Origin: an uncultured Chloroflexia bacterium
Lineage (GTDB): Bacteria; Chloroflexota; Limnocylindria; Limnocylindrales; CSP1-4
Length of the DNA stretch: 64,000 bases
Reading direction: 5' to 3'
NCBI GenBank assembly: GCA_963776925.1
Contig: CAVZON010000002.1
Span: 66,130 to 130,129 of the forward strand
A program made the translations under genes and the position numbers. Shown here one piece after another: positions 59,915-64,000 of this stretch. Below the pieces are notes generated by a model. That model worked only from the letters and a program-made list of their open reading frames with translations. It was not told where the DNA came from and made no database searches. The number at the start of each line of letters is the position of its first letter. The first letter of the stretch is position 1.

Positions 59915-60634
59915 GTGGCTGCCCCCGGCGACGCTGGTGCGACCGCCGAGACGATCCGTCTCGAGCTCGCCCAGGCGTGGGGCGAGATGGGCGCGGCCTG
60001 GGGCGTGACCCCGGCCATCGCCCGGGTGCAGGCCTACCTCATGGCCCGCCAGGAGCCGCTCACCGAACGCGAGGTCCGAGAGGCGCTCGGTCTGTCCCAT
60101 CGAGCGGCCAGCCTGGCGCTTGCGGAGGCCGAGACGTGGGGCATCGTCGAGCGGGTCTCGGAGCCGCGACGGGTCGGTCGGCGCGGACCGGCCGGCGTCG
60201 CCTACCTCGCCGTCGGCGACCACTGGCAGTGGTTCGGACGGGTCATCGCCGAGCGCAAGATCCGCGAGGGCGACCCGGTCGTGGCCGTGCTCGAGCAGAA
60301 GGCGGCGGAGGCCGCGACGGCCTCGGCCGCGCATCCCGAGGACGCCGAGCTGTCCGCCCTGCGCGACTGGCTGACGTCGTTCGTCGCGTTCGTCCGGCTG
60401 TTCGACCGCGCGGTCGGACTCGTGCCGCAGCTGGAGCCGCGCGAGCTGCAGCGGTCGCTCGAGCTGCTCGGCCGCGTGCCGGATGCGACGATCCTGCGGC
60501 TGTTCGACCTGCTGGGGGGTCTGGACGACGGCGACGTGCTGGAGCTCGTCGATGCCCTGTCGCGGCTGTCGCCGACGGCTGCTCGTCGTGCGACGAAGCT
60601 GATGTCGGGGGTCGTTCGGACCGTCGCCCGCTGA
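59915..60634 (+). CDS. GbsR/MarR-like winged-helix transcriptional regulator.
   Basis: Reads WGVTPAIARVQAYLMARQEPLTEREVREALGLSHRAASLALAEAETWGIVERV, then a long helical C-terminal domain. Confidence 0.65.
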   Translation: MAAPGDAGATAETIRLELAQAWGEMGAAWGVTPAIARVQAYLMARQEPLTEREVREALGLSHRAASLALAEAETWGIVERVSEPRRVGRRGPAGVAYLAVGDHWQWFGRVIAERKIREGDPVVAVLEQKAAEAATASAAHPEDAELSALRDWLTSFVAFVRLFDRAVGLVPQLEPRELQRSLELLGRVPDATILRLFDLLGGLDDGDVLELVDALSRLSPTAARRATKLMSGVVRTVAR

Positions 60635-60842
60635 GCTGACGGCGCCCGAGGGCGGCACCGGTCCAAATCAGGCCACGAACCGCGTCGCGACACGTCCGCC
60701 GCTGCCCTCTTGGGCCTGAACGGGACCCGTGCGATAATCCGGCCGCGCGAGGAGGCTCGGTCGCCTCGAACGGGCGAGGACCCCGGGGCAAGGACCGACC
60801 GGCGAATCCGACCGCCACGCCACCACGAGGATCCCTGTTCAC

Positions 60843-61730
60843 ATGACCGTCGAGACCTCCACCTGGGCCACCAAGACCGGCCTCGCCCAGATGCTCAAGG
60901 GCGGCGTCATCATGGACGTCGTCACCCCGGACCAGGCCAAGATCGCCGAGGACGCCGGCGCAGTCGCCGTCATGGCGCTCGAGCGCGTCCCGGCCGACAT
61001 CCGCAAGGCCGGCGGGGTCGCCCGCATGTCCGATCCCGAGATGATCGTCGGGATCATGGACGCGGTGACCATCCCGGTGATGGCCAAGGCCCGCATCGGC
61101 CACTTCGTCGAGGCGCAGATCCTCGAGGCCCTCGGTGTCGACTACATCGACGAGTCCGAGGTCCTCACCCCGGCCGACGAGACCAACCACATCGACAAGC
61201 ACGCCTTCAAGGTCCCGTTCGTGTGCGGCTGCCGGAACATCGGCGAGGCGCTCCGCCGCATCAACGAGGGCGCGGCGATGATGCGCACCAAGGGCGAGGC
61301 CGGCACCGGCAACATCGTCGAGGCCGTCCGCCAGCTGCGCGACGTCAACCGCGAGATCCGACGCCTGCAGGGCGCCCGCGAGGACGAGCTGTTCGTGGCG
61401 GCCAAGGAGGTCGGCGCCCCGTACGAGCTGGTCAGGGACGTCGCCGAGCACGGCAAGCTGCCGGTCGTCAACTTCGTCGCCGGCGGCATCAGCACCCCGG
61501 CCGACGCCGCCCTGGTCATGCAGCTCGGCGCGGAGGGCGTCTTCGTCGGCTCCGGCATCTTCAAGAGCGAGGACCCGGCCCGGATGGCCAACGCCATCGT
61601 CCAGGCCACGACCTTCTTCGATGACGCGGCCAAGATCGCCGAGGTCAGCAAGGGTCTGGGCGCCCCGATGCGCGGCATCGCCCTCGAGGAGATCCCGGAG
61701 CAGGAGCGACTCGCGGTCCGCGGCTGGTAG
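60843..61730 (+). CDS. pdxS: Pyridoxal 5'-phosphate synthase, lyase subunit.
   Basis: Reads [75 protein letters not shown].. Confidence 0.95.
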   Translation: MTVETSTWATKTGLAQMLKGGVIMDVVTPDQAKIAEDAGAVAVMALERVPADIRKAGGVARMSDPEMIVGIMDAVTIPVMAKARIGHFVEAQILEALGVDYIDESEVLTPADETNHIDKHAFKVPFVCGCRNIGEALRRINEGAAMMRTKGEAGTGNIVEAVRQLRDVNREIRRLQGAREDELFVAAKEVGAPYELVRDVAEHGKLPVVNFVAGGISTPADAALVMQLGAEGVFVGSGIFKSEDPARMANAIVQATTFFDDAAKIAEVSKGLGAPMRGIALEEIPEQERLAVRGW

Positions 61731-61766
61731 GCGGGCAGACACGACCACCCGCACCGGGTTCCAGGC

Positions 61767-62402
61767 ATGAAGATCGGCGTGCTCGCCCTCCAGGGGGCGT
61801 TCCGCGAGCATCTCGACACGCTTGCCGCCATCGGCGTCGAGGGCGTGCGCGTGCGCGAACCGCGCGACCTGCGCGACGTCAGCGGCCTGATCCTGCCCGG
61901 CGGCGAGAGCACGACGATGCGCCAGCTCATCGATCGCTGGGGGCTGCGCCAGCCGATCCTCGACCTGGCCGAGTCGGGAGCGCCGCTGTTCGGGACGTGC
62001 GCCGGGATGATCGTCCTGAGTCGCGACATCGCCGGCGGCGAGCCGCCCGTCCTGCCCCTGCTCGACGTGACCGTCGAGCGCAACGCCTTCGGCCGCCAGC
62101 TCGACTCGTTCGAGGCGGAGCTGTCCGTCCCGGTCCTCGGCGACCGCCCCGTCCATGCGGTGTTCATCCGGGCCCCGATCATCGAACGCACCGGTCCCGG
62201 TGTCGACGTCCTGGCTCGCCTCGACGACGGCCGGGTCGTCGCGGTCCGGGAGCGGAACATCGTCGCCACCGCGTTCCATCCGGAGCTCGCCGGCGAGACG
62301 CGCTTCCATCGGCTGGTGGCGGCGATGGCCAGCGAGCACCACGAACCCGGCGAGGGCGCCGGCCGACGTCCGCACCCCACGCGGCGGGCGCAAGCGCGAT
62401 GA
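61767..62402 (+). CDS. pdxT: Pyridoxal 5'-phosphate synthase, glutaminase subunit.
   Basis: Reads KIGVLALQGAFREH..LILPGGESTTM..GTCAGMIVL..ERNAFGRQ..FIRAP..ATAFHPEL. Confidence 0.9.
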   Translation: MKIGVLALQGAFREHLDTLAAIGVEGVRVREPRDLRDVSGLILPGGESTTMRQLIDRWGLRQPILDLAESGAPLFGTCAGMIVLSRDIAGGEPPVLPLLDVTVERNAFGRQLDSFEAELSVPVLGDRPVHAVFIRAPIIERTGPGVDVLARLDDGRVVAVRERNIVATAFHPELAGETRFHRLVAAMASEHHEPGEGAGRRPHPTRRAQAR

Positions 62403-63475
62403 CCGCGACGCGGCCACCCCGCAGCCCGGGCAAGGTCCGCGCGGCGCGCCTGACCGACCTCGCGGCCCTCGGCGAGCTGTCACGGCTGTGCCAGAGCGAC
62501 GACTCCGCGACGCGGTCGCTGGGCCTGCCGGTGAGCGGCCCACCGATCGGCGTGTTCAGCCTGTTCCGCCTGCCGCTCGGTGCCTTTCGCCCCAACGACC
62601 TGATGTACGTCTACGAGCAGGACGGCCGCATCGCCGGGCTCGTCCGGGTCGAGCGCGAATCCACCCGCGACGAGTGGACCATCGTCGAGCTCGATGCGGT
62701 CGGGCTGACCGACGCCGGCGACATCCGCTATCGGCTCGTCCAGCAGCTGCTGCGCGAGGGCGCGAAGCGTGGTGCCGCACGCTTCCACGTCGCCTGCGCC
62801 GATACCGACGGCAACGTCGAGATGCTCATGCAGGCCGGCTTCATCCGCTACGGCGAGGAGCACATCCTCGTCCGGGCGGCCAGTGCGGAACTGCCGGAGC
62901 CGTGGTCGGACCAGGCGGCCGCGAAGGCACGGATCCGTGCGGCACAGGGCGTCGACGCCCTCGCGCTGCACCGCCTGTACATGACGGCGACGCCGAACCC
63001 CGTTGCCCGACTCGAGGCGGTCCGCCTGCCCGACTGGGAACGCCAGGGCACGCATTGGCGGGTCCCACGCTCCAGCCTCGCCCCGATCCTGCGCTTCGCC
63101 GACGTCGAGGTCTTCGTGCAGGCATCGAAGGACGGTGGCAAGGACGGCACGCAGCTCGACGGCCTCGTCCAGATCGGCGTCGCCAAGGAAGACCAGCCAC
63201 ACTATCTGAAGGTCGTCACCCGTCCGGACGCGGACGCGACAGCGCTCATCGAGTACGGTCTGGGCATCATCGAAGCGCGCACCGCGAAGGGCGCCGACCA
63301 TCGTCACGACCACGGGGTCATCGCACCCGTGCGAACCTATGAAGCACCGCTCGACCGCCGCCTCGAGGACGCCGGGTTCGAACGCGTGTCGAGCGTGACG
63401 CTGCTGATGAAGGAAACCCTCGTTCGCGTCGCCGAGCCGGCCCTCATGCCGGCGGGCGTGCGCCAGACACCCTAG
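62399..63475 (+). CDS. GNAT-like acetyltransferase-domain protein (358 aa), function unknown.
   Basis: There is an ATGA overlap with the pdxT stop. The N-terminal half ([58 protein letters not shown]) looks GNAT-like. Confidence 0.5.
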   Translation: MTATRPPRSPGKVRAARLTDLAALGELSRLCQSDDSATRSLGLPVSGPPIGVFSLFRLPLGAFRPNDLMYVYEQDGRIAGLVRVERESTRDEWTIVELDAVGLTDAGDIRYRLVQQLLREGAKRGAARFHVACADTDGNVEMLMQAGFIRYGEEHILVRAASAELPEPWSDQAAAKARIRAAQGVDALALHRLYMTATPNPVARLEAVRLPDWERQGTHWRVPRSSLAPILRFADVEVFVQASKDGGKDGTQLDGLVQIGVAKEDQPHYLKVVTRPDADATALIEYGLGIIEARTAKGADHRHDHGVIAPVRTYEAPLDRRLEDAGFERVSSVTLLMKETLVRVAEPALMPAGVRQTP

Positions 63476-63477
63476 CG

Positions 63478-64000
63478 ATGGAGGTCAGTGTGGGAACTGC
63501 GGACCGCCAGCGGGAATCGATCGACGACCTCGACGCCCTGCTCTCGTCCCTCCCGCCCGAGATCGTCGCCGCCGTCCATGCGCTGCCCGACAAGGAGGCG
63601 CTGATCGAGGTCGTCATGGACCTCGGTCGACGACCGGAGGCACGGTTCCCCGACTCGGAGGTCTCGCTCCTGGACCGGGAGATCGACCGACGCCGACATC
63701 GCCTTCGTCGTCGAGCACATCGGCTCGTTCGGCGACGACAACCGGGCCGGCATCGAGCGCACGCTCCATCGCATCTCGCGCCATCCGCAACCGCAACGGC
63801 AAGATCGTCGGGCTGACCTGTCGCATCGGCCGGGCGGTGTACGGGACGATCGAGATCATCAACGACTTCGTCGAGACCGGGAAGTCGATCCTCATCATGG
63901 GTCGGCCGGGCATCGGCAAGACGACGATGCTGCGCGAGGCCGCCCGCGTGCTGGCCGACGACATGGGCAAGCGCGTCGTCGTGGTCGACACGAGCAACGA
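63478..64000 (+). pseudogene. SpoIIIAA/Ycf45-like AAA ATPase. It is 3'-partial with two frameshifts (~63693, ~63780).
   Basis: Frame 1 reads [34 protein letters not shown] second frame reads [28 protein letters not shown] third reads [39 protein letters not shown] (Walker A). Confidence 0.7.

Noticed and set aside
60243-62543. A 766-aa minus-strand ORF.
   Set aside because: It lies antisense to the unmistakable pdxS and pdxT genes. Its composition is that of a shadow frame.

Overview
This is a 64-kb, very G+C-rich bacterial chromosomal segment, above 70% G+C by eye, which produces many long antisense shadow ORFs. Gene content suggests a monoderm, Actinomycetota- or Chloroflexota-like organism: HemQ/ChdC, PdxST, GpgS and TadE/TadG-like proteins. 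I cannot assign taxonomy from the sequence alone.

Gene order, left to right:
- A coproporphyrin-type heme operon: hemC-hemD fusion, hemB, hemQ, hemE, hemH.
- ECF sigma / anti-sigma pair 1, with a TolB-like propeller, then a PPOX-family protein and an MFS transporter.
- A decayed soxR with a SoxR-box promoter facing a decayed split transketolase.
- tRNA-Thr(CGT), followed by a 3.4-kb A/T-richer insert carrying ECF pair 2 (Kelch propeller). The insert is bracketed by a 37-bp copy of the tRNA 5' half.
- An SRPBCC-ArsR-DUF899 operon, PadR-PspC, a HAD hydrolase, a candidate Mn riboswitch plus TerC, and a nitrilase-family hydrolase.
- Two tandem copies of a TadE/TadE/TadG-like cassette carrying PASTA-like and PKD domains.
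- An OmpR/HAMP-GAF two-component system, divergent from a thrombospondin-type-3-repeat/PKD/PxKF secreted protein.
- nth, then a glycerate kinase-GNAT-(USP-USP-)GpgS-glycosyltransferase operon.
- A ligase-like relic, transporters, TetR, galE, cca and an HNH protein.
- A leucine-catabolic cluster (HMG-CoA lyase, MccA, hydratase, MccB) interleaved with membrane proteins, then ECF pair 3.
- pdxS, pdxT and a SpoIIIAA-like ATPase, which is 3'-partial.

The dominant technical observation is roughly 45-50 reading-frame breaks. Many fall in housekeeping genes, while neighbouring genes are intact.

The most interesting biological candidates are:
- the duplicated pseudopilin cassette with PASTA-like/PKD fusions;
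- the island bounded by the tRNA half-copy;
- the USP-GpgS fusion;
- the SoxR-box/transketolase pairing.

Coordinates that I derived by hand, rather than taking from the ORF track, may be off by a few nucleotides.
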